Shown here piece after piece: positions 56,136 through 64,000 of a stretch of 64,000 bases of DNA. The stretch is from the NCBI GenBank assembly GCA_964640175.1, contig CAZXFW010000002.1, forward strand, positions 70,257-134,256, read 5' to 3'. Source of the stretch: an uncultured Polyangiales bacterium. Its GTDB lineage: Bacteria; Myxococcota_A; Polyangia; Polyangiales; GCA-016699535. The notes beneath the pieces were generated by a model, which did not search any database, was not told the origin of the DNA, and saw only the letters and a list, made by a program, of their open reading frames with translations. A program made the position numbers and the translations under genes. Numbering within the stretch: position 1 is the stretch's first letter; each line of letters starts with the position of its first letter.

Positions 56136-57679
56136 ACCAAAAGCCCTAAGATCAGCATACTAAGCGGCAAAAGCACCACAAGACGCCACCACAAGACATC
56201 AAGGTCTTGAAGGCTCCAGTGCACACCTCCGCGCCGCACCTGTTTTGGCGGAATCGAAATTAATGAAGGACGCTCAGTTAACCAGCCTGTCCACGCACTG
56301 GCCAAATAAAGGTTCGCTAACTCAGGGGCATCGAGATACGTAGCGGAAAGCCAATCGCTGTCACCGATGACAATGAGTCTATGTCCTATAGACGGAACGC
56401 CTTTGGACGAAGCTCCGTCTTTGACTGCGCTCAGCATACCCACGGCCGCCACGGATAAGACTTCTTGATGCTGTGCTGACGGAAGCGTCTGTGATGTCGC
56501 CAATCGTTGGATATCAGCCACGTTGTTCAGCGTGGCTGCTTGCCCACTGGTCCTTAGTAACGGTTCGGCGCCACTGCCTTGCACAGGACGCACCACCCGC
56601 GCTTGCTGCAACACCGTAGGAATATGTGCGGATGTTAGCACCCGCGTGGTAACATGGGATCCATAGTCCACCACAAAGAACCGCTCTAAAACGCTTTGTT
56701 GTGGAAGCAGTGCTTTGTCACGTTCGACGACAATATCACGCTCGATTTTCATCCCAGCTTGTTCGGCCACTGTTTCCAATCCCGATGCCAGTAATTCGTC
56801 ATGCTGGATGATGGGATCAAGCGCCAAGAGCACGTTGCCACCTTGGGCTAAATACGCCCGCACAGCTTCTGCTTCCTGCTGTCCGTAAGGCCGACTTGGC
56901 CCTATCACAAACAAAGCATGGCAGTCTGACGGAATAGCAGCACTGCCTCGAATCACCACGGGTGTCATTTCAACATTGTCGCGTTTGAGTTCTTCAGACA
57001 AACCATACACCGTCCGCTGCTCACGTGGTTCAAGCGTCCACTCACCATGCCCCTCAGCAACACAAACTTTGGTCGAACTCCCTTCGGTGACTTGTAAAAT
57101 CGCAGACGTGAGCGCTCGTTCCGCTCGAACTTCGACGCGATCTTCTTCGTGTTCGTTATCGCCGTCCATATCGACAAACCCGATAAGATCATCACGCTTA
57201 ATAATCCAACGCTGCGTGTCGGTGGCCAACACTGCAGCCGCATCCGCACGCATTTCTCCTGTGCCCAGCACTTGTCCCGCCATCACGTTAAACCGTTTAG
57301 CTAACATATCGAACTCTGCCGGGCGCCGATCGGGATCGACAAGATGCACCGCAATTTTACTTGAAGCCTCACGGTATCTATCTAAGAGTGCTTTGATCTC
57401 CGAAAAACTTGGTTCGCTTTCAGAAAGAAACACATAAATGCTCACTGGAGAATCTAACCCATGAAGCACCTGTTCTGTGCGAGAAGAAAGCGTATAGAGC
57501 TTTTCTTTGGTCCAATCCCAACGCTTATAATGACGGAACGCCAAGTAATTGAGCATTCCAAACACCGCCAACATCAATAGGACACTGATACTAACGTTCC
57601 AATGATACAACCATCGAAGCCGTGTGGCAGAACGCACTGTTCCGGACGGTGGACGCGACGAACCTGTCATGTCGACCAC
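56114..57679 (-). CDS. GldG-like ABC-transport auxiliary component
   Basis: 521 aa. N-terminal TM (VSISVLLMLAVFGMLNYLAF), a large periplasmic domain and a C-terminal TM anchor (LVVLLPLSMLILGLLVWWRRR). Follows the ABC-2 permease. Confidence 0.65.
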   Translation of the reverse strand: MVDMTGSSRPPSGTVRSATRLRWLYHWNVSISVLLMLAVFGMLNYLAFRHYKRWDWTKEKLYTLSSRTEQVLHGLDSPVSIYVFLSESEPSFSEIKALLDRYREASSKIAVHLVDPDRRPAEFDMLAKRFNVMAGQVLGTGEMRADAAAVLATDTQRWIIKRDDLIGFVDMDGDNEHEEDRVEVRAERALTSAILQVTEGSSTKVCVAEGHGEWTLEPREQRTVYGLSEELKRDNVEMTPVVIRGSAAIPSDCHALFVIGPSRPYGQQEAEAVRAYLAQGGNVLLALDPIIQHDELLASGLETVAEQAGMKIERDIVVERDKALLPQQSVLERFFVVDYGSHVTTRVLTSAHIPTVLQQARVVRPVQGSGAEPLLRTSGQAATLNNVADIQRLATSQTLPSAQHQEVLSVAAVGMLSAVKDGASSKGVPSIGHRLIVIGDSDWLSATYLDAPELANLYLASAWTGWLTERPSLISIPPKQVRRGGVHWSLQDLDVLWWRLVVLLPLSMLILGLLVWWRRRA

Positions 57680-58416
57680 TTCCTCAATTCAAGCCGACGT
57701 GTCGCAAGCATCAAAGCCAATGCCGAGACAGAAAAATTCAAGACCAAGTAACGGCTGTCCACAATGCCCTTCGAAAACGTATTCATCTGGCTCCAAACGC
57801 TCACATAGGCACAAAGTTCTCGACGCAGTTCATCATCAAACAGAAACTCACCAAGCCCTATGACAAAAAGTAGCCCAAGCGCCATGAAGGTAAGCAATGC
57901 GGCACTAATCTGATTCCGAGCGCCTGCACTCATCATCAGGCCAATGGCCATGTAATAACTCCCTATCCCAAACACGCCGAGATAGCTGGAAGCCACTTCA
58001 CCTGCATCGATATGACCGTGCATGGCAGAAAACCAAACATAAAACAGCGTAGGTATCCAAAGCACAACCCAGATAACCAGCGCAGCCATATACTTGCCTA
58101 GGATAAGTGCCCACTCGGTCACTGGAGCGGTTAATAACCCCTCTAACGTGCCGCTTTGCCGTTCCTCTGCGACAAGCCGCATGGTCAGCACCGGGACAAA
58201 TACCAAAAGAGGCATAAAGAATAAGGTGGTGCCACCAAAAAACGTGGTCAGCGGGTGCATGGTGGGGCTTTCAAACGCATACTGAGAATAGTGCGCCACG
58301 AGCACGTAAAAATGCATGCCACACCACAGAAGCCAAACGGTAAGAACCGTGTAAGCCACAGGTGATAGAAAAAACGCACGAAGCTCGCGCAGAGCAATCA
58401 ACCAAGCACTCTTCAT
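57667..58416 (-). CDS. ABC-2 type transporter permease (GldF-like)
   Basis: 249 aa with 6 predicted TM. Overlaps both the ATPase and gldG-like genes. Confidence 0.75.
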   Translation of the reverse strand: MKSAWLIALRELRAFFLSPVAYTVLTVWLLWCGMHFYVLVAHYSQYAFESPTMHPLTTFFGGTTLFFMPLLVFVPVLTMRLVAEERQSGTLEGLLTAPVTEWALILGKYMAALVIWVVLWIPTLFYVWFSAMHGHIDAGEVASSYLGVFGIGSYYMAIGLMMSAGARNQISAALLTFMALGLLFVIGLGEFLFDDELRRELCAYVSVWSQMNTFSKGIVDSRYLVLNFSVSALALMLATRRLELRKWST

Positions 58417-59447
58417 GATGGCTCCTTAGGCGGACTGCTTACCGCGTTCACAGGCTCGTCTATCAACCCTTCGTGTGGCACGCTGCCCGACTGGGAGTCT
58501 TCGGCTGCGGTATCCGTTGTCGTCAGTTCAGCAAATACATCTTCCAATGAAGCGTTTTCGTTCCTTAGTTCACGCAACACCAAACCAGCATCCGCCACAG
58601 CTCGAAATACGCGTTCTGCCACCATCGGATCTGGCTCCGTTTCCATACGCGCACGCACCAAGCCGCTATACGTAAGCTCACTGACATCCAACACACGTCT
58701 GATGCCTTCAATTCCCCACAACAACGGCTCAAGCTCCGCGCGTTTGCCTCGCGCCTCAATCAACAGCAATTGCTCAGCGCCTTGAGTCCCTCGTAACGCC
58801 CCTGGTCGACCTTCCGCAACAAGCTTGCCCTTGTGCAAAATCATGACCCGCTCCGCCATGGCTTCAACTTCAGGAAGAATATGGGTAGATAACAGGATGG
58901 TTTTGCGCCCTGCCAAGCGACGAATCAACCCGCGTACATGTCGAATTTGATTGGGGTCTAACCCCGCAGTCGGCTCATCTAAAATGAGCAATGGGGGATC
59001 CGCCACAAGCGCATCGGCCAATCCAAGCCGCTGGCGAAATCCTCTTGAAAGCTGGCCGATGATACGCTGCGCTACCTCAGTGATATCCGCAAGCCGCATG
59101 GCCTCATCAACCGCAGACGCAAGTGCCTTCCGTGCCACACCTTTAAGCGCAGCGCGATACCGCAGAAACTCGGCCACCCGCATATCTTTGTAAGCCGGAA
59201 CACCTTCTGGCATGTACCCTATGCGCCGCCTCGCTTGGACCGAATTTTTTAAGACATCCACCCCATCAATTTCAATCGTCCCACTGTGAGGCGCCAAATA
59301 CCCTGTCAGCATGCGCAAGGTCGTGGTTTTTCCAGCCCCATTGGGACCAAGAAATCCAACGATTTCACCTGTCGACACCTGAAAGCTCAGGTTACTAACC
59401 GCCTGATAGCTCCCGTAATGCTTGCTGAGCTGATGAACCTTGAGCAC
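58413..59447 (-). CDS. ABC transporter ATP-binding protein (GldA-like) with C-terminal extension
   Basis: 344 aa. Walker A 'GPNGAGKTT', signature 'LSRGFRQRL', Walker B 'LILDEPTAGLD'. Confidence 0.88.
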   Translation of the reverse strand: MLKVHQLSKHYGSYQAVSNLSFQVSTGEIVGFLGPNGAGKTTTLRMLTGYLAPHSGTIEIDGVDVLKNSVQARRRIGYMPEGVPAYKDMRVAEFLRYRAALKGVARKALASAVDEAMRLADITEVAQRIIGQLSRGFRQRLGLADALVADPPLLILDEPTAGLDPNQIRHVRGLIRRLAGRKTILLSTHILPEVEAMAERVMILHKGKLVAEGRPGALRGTQGAEQLLLIEARGKRAELEPLLWGIEGIRRVLDVSELTYSGLVRARMETEPDPMVAERVFRAVADAGLVLRELRNENASLEDVFAELTTTDTAAEDSQSGSVPHEGLIDEPVNAVSSPPKEPS

Positions 59448-59575
59448 GTGGCGAGGATATAACGCAATGTTCGCCAGCGCTCCAGCACCAAGTGAGGGCC
59501 TTGTCCTCGTTCACGCATCGAAGGGCCGAATCCCCTTTTTAGACGTCCCCCTGCTCAGGCGATACCCTTTATGGA

Positions 59576-60649
59576 ATGAAAAATGGGGCATTTGTCGGAC
59601 GCGCCGTCACAGCCATGGTCGCAATCGCATGCGGCGCTGGTCTGGCACACTTCAGCCAGGATTTGCCTGGGCTGGGCATCCAGGCTACCCCATGGCACAG
59701 CCAGGCCCACGCAGCAGTGCGTACAACGACCCCCCGACAGGCGCCCCGTTCTGCTGGCACTCAAACCCGCCTTCCAGCTCTTGAACCCATCAACCTCGCC
59801 GCTGCCATGGGCAAGCGTTTCGCAAATGGTATGGTGATCTCGGGAGCCACCCCGCACCGACTCATCCTCTTTACGTTTGACGATGGCCCAAACAAAGTGT
59901 CCACGCCTCGTCTATTGGATGCACTGGATGAGGCAGGCATTAAGGCAGTGTTCTTTTTATCCGCGTGGCGTATTCGTGGAGACACTCCTGTCCAGCGAGA
60001 ACAAGCCGAAGTCGCCATTGATATCATTCGTCGTGGCCACATGGTAGCCAATCATGGCCTGGACCATGAACAGTTACCCCTTCTGAACAATGCGGATGCG
60101 ACCTATCAGATTTTAGGGGCTCAAGACATCTTCGAGACAACGCTCGGAGAACGTCCTTGGCTATTCCGACCTCCTGGAGGCGCACGCTCAGCACGCGTTG
60201 ATGCGCTTCTTGCGGAGCATGGGTACACCACAATGCTCTGGAATCTAGGCACGGGTGACGTTCAAGTAGACACTGCGGAGGAAGTATTTAGCACTTGGAA
60301 AAAAGTGCATGACCGTCGTGAACGCGAATCGGGCCACAGCGGTGGCATCATATTGTTACACGATACACACGAATGGAGTGTCGATGGCTTTAAGCTAATT
60401 CACGCTGAGCTGATGCGCCGCAACTGCACCTACCTATCACGCAATGAAGAACTCTTCGACATCGTAGATGACCCAAGCTTCTTTTATGTGCCACGCGCGA
60501 AAGCTTCTCCCGGTCAATTAGCTCCGCCGGCAACGCCTTCCCTAGCGATACTTGAAGCCCGGCAACAAAGATTGCGACAAAAAACGGCGATGCGCTGCCG
60601 CTCAACACACACCACGGGTTCGGCTACTCCACATCCCTCTCATACTTAA
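59576..60649 (+). CDS. polysaccharide deacetylase (NodB homology / CE4), secreted
   Basis: 357 aa. Signal (AVTAMVAIACGAGLA). Contains 'ILFTFDDGP', 'ANHGLDH', 'FRPPGG' and 'IILLHD'. Confidence 0.85.
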   Translation: MKNGAFVGRAVTAMVAIACGAGLAHFSQDLPGLGIQATPWHSQAHAAVRTTTPRQAPRSAGTQTRLPALEPINLAAAMGKRFANGMVISGATPHRLILFTFDDGPNKVSTPRLLDALDEAGIKAVFFLSAWRIRGDTPVQREQAEVAIDIIRRGHMVANHGLDHEQLPLLNNADATYQILGAQDIFETTLGERPWLFRPPGGARSARVDALLAEHGYTTMLWNLGTGDVQVDTAEEVFSTWKKVHDRRERESGHSGGIILLHDTHEWSVDGFKLIHAELMRRNCTYLSRNEELFDIVDDPSFFYVPRAKASPGQLAPPATPSLAILEARQQRLRQKTAMRCRSTHTTGSATPHPSHT

Positions 60650-60741
60650 GAGGCGCTTTAGTTCTGCCAAAGCGAACCGTTATCCGGCCATGCCTGAATC
60701 TTCCCCACAATTTCCTGAGGGTGCTGGAAAGTTCGTGGTAG

Positions 60742-61683
60742 CTACCCTGCAATCGCGCCAAGAGAAACTTCTTCGGGCGTGTCATTGAGCCCAGGAATCC
60801 ACGACTCATCAGGGCCTTCTTCTGGCAGGACAACAGGACGACCAAGATAATCCACCCGCGCCCCTGGCCAGATATACGCTCGCCACACGTACAAAAACAG
60901 CGAACGCTGCTCCAACGCAGGATGAATATGCGGCCCTAGCACCCGTTGATGCGTCTCGGGCAACAAGCTCCAATGTAACCCCGGTTTGATGTGGTGCATA
61001 CCATGAAACCCGTTATTGAATGTCCACCAGTTAACCCACTTCCCCATGAAATTTCGCGAATGATTGTAAAGGCTGCTTGGGTCACACCCATCGTGCTGCA
61101 CAAAGTTAATGCCAACAATGCCCCAAGCGGCATAAAGGTGAGGAACCCACACATAAAGCAGCGCTTTTTGCCAATCAAGAAGAAACAGCACGGCATAAAC
61201 ACCTATCAACGCCACAGTTTCTAATATGAGCTGGTGAAACCACCGAGGTCGCTCAAGCCGCATAGCTTTGGCATACTGCCACTCCGCCCGAGTGATCGCA
61301 CCACTGACAATGGCTGTGAAAAAAATTTGGTTGAGCAGATTCCAACGGAACCTTGCTTTATAAGTACGCATGATGTCTTTGCGTGTTTGCGTGTGCACAT
61401 GATGGCTCAAGTTATGCCCAGGAACATAGGCACTCACCGGATGGCCGTAACTCAAGGTTAACACCACTTGAAATATACGGTTGAGCAAGACGTGGTTAAA
61501 TACGGGCACATGAACGGTGTTGTGCGTGATCACCGCACAGAAAAAAGACATCACCGCAATTGCAATCATGAAAGGAACCCGCACGAGCCATGTCGGATGG
61601 ATGACCCAGGCAAACGCCACCAGCCCAAAATAAAACGACACAAATGCCAAGGTGCGCAAATCTGCTTTGTATCGAAGCATCAC
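60742..61683 (-). CDS. membrane fatty-acid desaturase family protein
   Basis: 313 aa. His boxes 'HNTVH', 'HNLSHHVH' and 'HGMHH', with several TM segments. Confidence 0.8.
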   Translation of the reverse strand: MMLRYKADLRTLAFVSFYFGLVAFAWVIHPTWLVRVPFMIAIAVMSFFCAVITHNTVHVPVFNHVLLNRIFQVVLTLSYGHPVSAYVPGHNLSHHVHTQTRKDIMRTYKARFRWNLLNQIFFTAIVSGAITRAEWQYAKAMRLERPRWFHQLILETVALIGVYAVLFLLDWQKALLYVWVPHLYAAWGIVGINFVQHDGCDPSSLYNHSRNFMGKWVNWWTFNNGFHGMHHIKPGLHWSLLPETHQRVLGPHIHPALEQRSLFLYVWRAYIWPGARVDYLGRPVVLPEEGPDESWIPGLNDTPEEVSLGAIAG

Positions 61684-61686
61684 CCC

Positions 61687-62379
61687 TCAGGGCAAAACGA
61701 AAGCGGATATTTTAGCGGAATTTGCAGGGGGTGACAAGGGCTTGCGATGGGCCAAAATCCGCCACATGGGCAGGCCATCTCGTACAGCACGGATTTCCCG
61801 ATTGGAAGGAGCGCCAAACGGATTGACCGACACCCAGCCCTCAGCTCCCTGCAACTCAAACTCAGGATGCTTCATTAACAGACTGTGGTAATCCAGCGCT
61901 CTATCCTTGACGTCGGTCTGAATAAACAGCTCACCCTTTTCTTTAAGAAGCCGTGCCAATTCATCCAGCAAGCTTAAGGTGATCACGCGACGCTTCGTGT
62001 GCTTTTTTTTCCACCATGGATCCGGAAAGTGAATAAACACGCGATTCAGCACCTGACTTGGACCGGAGCGCTTAATCACATGCCCTACATCGTCCGCATA
62101 GACATGCGCATTTCCCAAGCCTTCTTTTCTGCACCGTTCCGCCACTTGAAACGCAAGCTTGGGTTTAACTTCAATGCCGATAAGACACGTCTTAGGACAC
62201 TGTCGAGCACGCTCTAGCAACGAAGCGCCTTTTCCAAAACCAATCTCAAGTTCACACTCATCAGAGTGTGGAAAAAGCTCCGTAAAATCGATTGGCCCAT
62301 CCGGCAACCGTGGCGCAATGGTCTTATACTCTCGCTTGGGCTCCGCGGCTCGGGAGAGATTCTCACTCGGAAAATCCAA
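61687..62379 (-). CDS. trmB: tRNA (guanine46-N7)-methyltransferase
   Basis: 230 aa. Contains 'LEIGFGKG' and 'IHFPDPWWKKKHTKRR'. Confidence 0.9.
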   Translation of the reverse strand: MDFPSENLSRAAEPKREYKTIAPRLPDGPIDFTELFPHSDECELEIGFGKGASLLERARQCPKTCLIGIEVKPKLAFQVAERCRKEGLGNAHVYADDVGHVIKRSGPSQVLNRVFIHFPDPWWKKKHTKRRVITLSLLDELARLLKEKGELFIQTDVKDRALDYHSLLMKHPEFELQGAEGWVSVNPFGAPSNREIRAVRDGLPMWRILAHRKPLSPPANSAKISAFVLP

Positions 62380-64000
62380 GACTCACTCCACACGCTTCTT
62401 CAAGCTCTGCGTTGCACCCGCCTTGATCGAGAAAATCACCGCCACATGCGTCCAACTGATCGAATTGTTCTGAGCATGCTGCCAATGCATTGATCGTGCC
62501 GTGTTCTTGCGCACATGCCTGAAGCCCAATCATCTGCACAGGGCATTCCGAAGCAAGACACGTTATTAACTTCGGCATCACACAACTAACACATGCGGGG
62601 ACATCCGCAGAAGCTCCCGCAGCTCCGATAGCACACCGACTTGGTTCCGCATAAGAACGACACTCCCGGTACAATGCCGTGTAGTCACCACACGTGGAAG
62701 TTGCACTGGGCGCTTCAAAATAGGGGCGTCGAATGCTGATAACATTTAAGCACATCTCATCCAGTGTCCCTTCGCCCCAATGCACCTCGCGAGGTTCGAT
62801 GGATTTGCCATCCACAACAGGCTGGTTACCGGCCGAATTGTCGTAGATGCACTCTAAGCGAATGGCATCGCCGATCCGCGCGTATACGCCTTCATCGTCA
62901 AGAAAATTATACTGCTGTTGCCAGTTAAAATCCCAACGAGGGATGTCCACCAGACACGCTTCTGCACTATCACCAGACGGAAGCACCGCAGACCGAATCT
63001 GACTGCCGAGCAAATGCATGTGTGGAAACGTCGCGACAATCTCGCCAGGCCAACCCAACATCGGAAACAACGCTTTTTGGTAGGATTCCGCATCACCGGG
63101 TTGAATGGAAAGGTCTTGGTTGGCCACGGGTTCTACATCAATGATGTTGGTGGGTTTGTCCGGACTAACCCACAGCTTGGCATGCGTGGCAGGATCTTGG
63201 GCACCATCTGCGTCGTGATAATGCACTTGCATGACAAGGCGGGAGCGCGCCGGCAGACGTTGCGCGCTCTGCGCATCCCATGGCTGAGGTACGCTGCCAG
63301 GAACCCAGCCCCCAAGAAATTTTGCTGTACCAATGCCTGCACCTCCAAAGCATGTGTATCCAGGACCTTCTTCTTCGGCATCAAGGACCTCGAGTTCACT
63401 CGATTGCGCCTCTGGAATCAAAAACACAATCACATGATGGACGATATCTGCGTTGCCAGGCACGACATCAAGCATACGTAAATAGCGCTCTTTGTCTGAC
63501 GCATAACCATCGCCTTCCGCCTCTTTTAATGCACCTTCAAGATCCAACACAAAGCAGTGATAATCATCGTGGTGTTCCGTGCTTGGTGCATAGGCATCCG
63601 CAAATCCAAGGTCCAATGTGGCAGGGCCAAGTTGTTCACGTGGATCAGGCTCAACGTCTGGCGCCTTGTATTCTTCGGGCAACCCTTCAGGCATTCCGCC
63701 TTGAACCCAATCGCGAAGTGCACGTTGTTCCGCGTGACTTAAACCTCGTTCTGCTTTGTAGGACCTGCATTCATCTGAAGGCAACCACGGCGGCATGGTG
63801 CCAGCCTCCACCTCGCCTAACGCCGCCTCACCGTAGCGCTGGGCATTGGCAAAGCCCTCCAAGGAAAACGGCGCGATACCCTGGTCGTTGTGACAGCTTA
63901 CACAGCTGCGTTCCATGAGCGCCCGGACTTGGCCGTGATAGGTAGCAGGCCCTTCACTGCTACTGCAACCACTACTCACCCCTAGCACCAACATCCAGAG
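62363..64000 (-). CDS. heme-c (CxxCH) domain / copper type II PHM-DBH-like monooxygenase / Cys-rich C-terminal domain fusion protein (5' end probably outside the window)
   Basis: 'CVSCH' at 63890-63904, followed by 'MPPW'. 'DIVHHVIVF...LVMQVHYH' matches the CuH-site pattern. 'FPHMHLLG...WDFNWQQQY' matches the CuM-site pattern. There are about 14 Cys in the last ~110 aa. The frame stays open to the window edge, and 'LGVSSGC' looks like a lipobox. Confidence 0.65.
   Translation of the reverse strand, partial: LWMLVLGVSSGCSSSEGPATYHGQVRALMERSCVSCHNDQGIAPFSLEGFANAQRYGEAALGEVEAGTMPPWLPSDECRSYKAERGLSHAEQRALRDWVQGGMPEGLPEEYKAPDVEPDPREQLGPATLDLGFADAYAPSTEHHDDYHCFVLDLEGALKEAEGDGYASDKERYLRMLDVVPGNADIVHHVIVFLIPEAQSSELEVLDAEEEGPGYTCFGGAGIGTAKFLGGWVPGSVPQPWDAQSAQRLPARSRLVMQVHYHDADGAQDPATHAKLWVSPDKPTNIIDVEPVANQDLSIQPGDAESYQKALFPMLGWPGEIVATFPHMHLLGSQIRSAVLPSGDSAEACLVDIPRWDFNWQQQYNFLDDEGVYARIGDAIRLECIYDNSAGNQPVVDGKSIEPREVHWGEGTLDEMCLNVISIRRPYFEAPSATSTCGDYTALYRECRSYAEPSRCAIGAAGASADVPACVSCVMPKLITCLASECPVQMIGLQACAQEHGTINALAACSEQFDQLDACGGDFLDQGGCNAELEEACGVSLGFSE

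Noticed and set aside
60654-60674. CGCTTT-N9-AAAGCG hairpin between the convergent deacetylase and desaturase genes, as a possible bidirectional terminator
   Set aside because: The stem is only 6 bp, the loop is 9 nt, and there is no flanking T/A tract. This is too weak to call.
1-64000. CRISPR arrays, IS elements, prophage genes, rRNA, toxin-antitoxin pairs and known defence-system signatures
   Set aside because: Reading the intergenic regions showed no regularly spaced direct repeats. No transposase, integrase, phage structural or restriction-type motifs appeared in any ORF of 60 aa or more. The longest non-coding stretches (26803-27101 and 50595-50906) show no recognisable RNA-gene structure by eye.

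Overview
Densely coding chromosomal window: 56 CDS and 1 tRNA, no rRNA. I saw no CRISPR array, transposase or integrase. It looks moderately GC-rich by eye (not computed). Gene content suggests a Myxococcota/Bradymonadota-like deltaproteobacterium, but that lineage guess is inference only.

Housekeeping genes include:
- a plant-type glutamate-cysteine ligase, tyrS and an IHF-beta-like gene
- a truncated complex I operon (nuoA-B-C-D-G-H-I, lacking nuoE/F and nuoJ-N)
- pepP, proC, yggS, maf and recD2
- Fe-SOD, a sigma-70 family factor and trmB

The standout is a roughly 15.5 kb envelope-machine neighbourhood (27.1-42.6 kb). An exbB-exbD-tonB-lipoprotein operon on the + strand ends at tRNA-Val. 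It converges on a nine-gene minus-strand operon, most of whose upstream genes overlap start to stop. That operon encodes:
- two giant periplasmic TPR proteins (1288 aa and 794 aa) and a TPR lipoprotein
- several small orphan envelope proteins
- a bitopic protein with an AgmX/PglI-type TonB-like C-terminal domain
- a 453-aa outer-membrane beta-barrel

The gene order matches the gltD-E-F-G-H / nfsD-H module of the Myxococcus gliding and spore-coat machines, with extra uncharacterised genes. A divergent sigma-54 enhancer-binding response regulator flanks it.

Other notable items:
- a ParA/MinD ATPase fused to a degenerate J-domain (SPD instead of HPD) and a RodZ-like HTH, sitting upstream of maf-yggS
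- a GldA/GldF/GldG-type ABC system plus a DUF4340-like gene
- a heme-c (CxxCH) / copper PHM-DBH-like monooxygenase / Cys-rich fusion lipoprotein
- a lamin-tail-domain lipoprotein overlapping recD2
- a HIT-HD-secreted protein operon

All family assignments come from motif recognition by eye. No database search was run.
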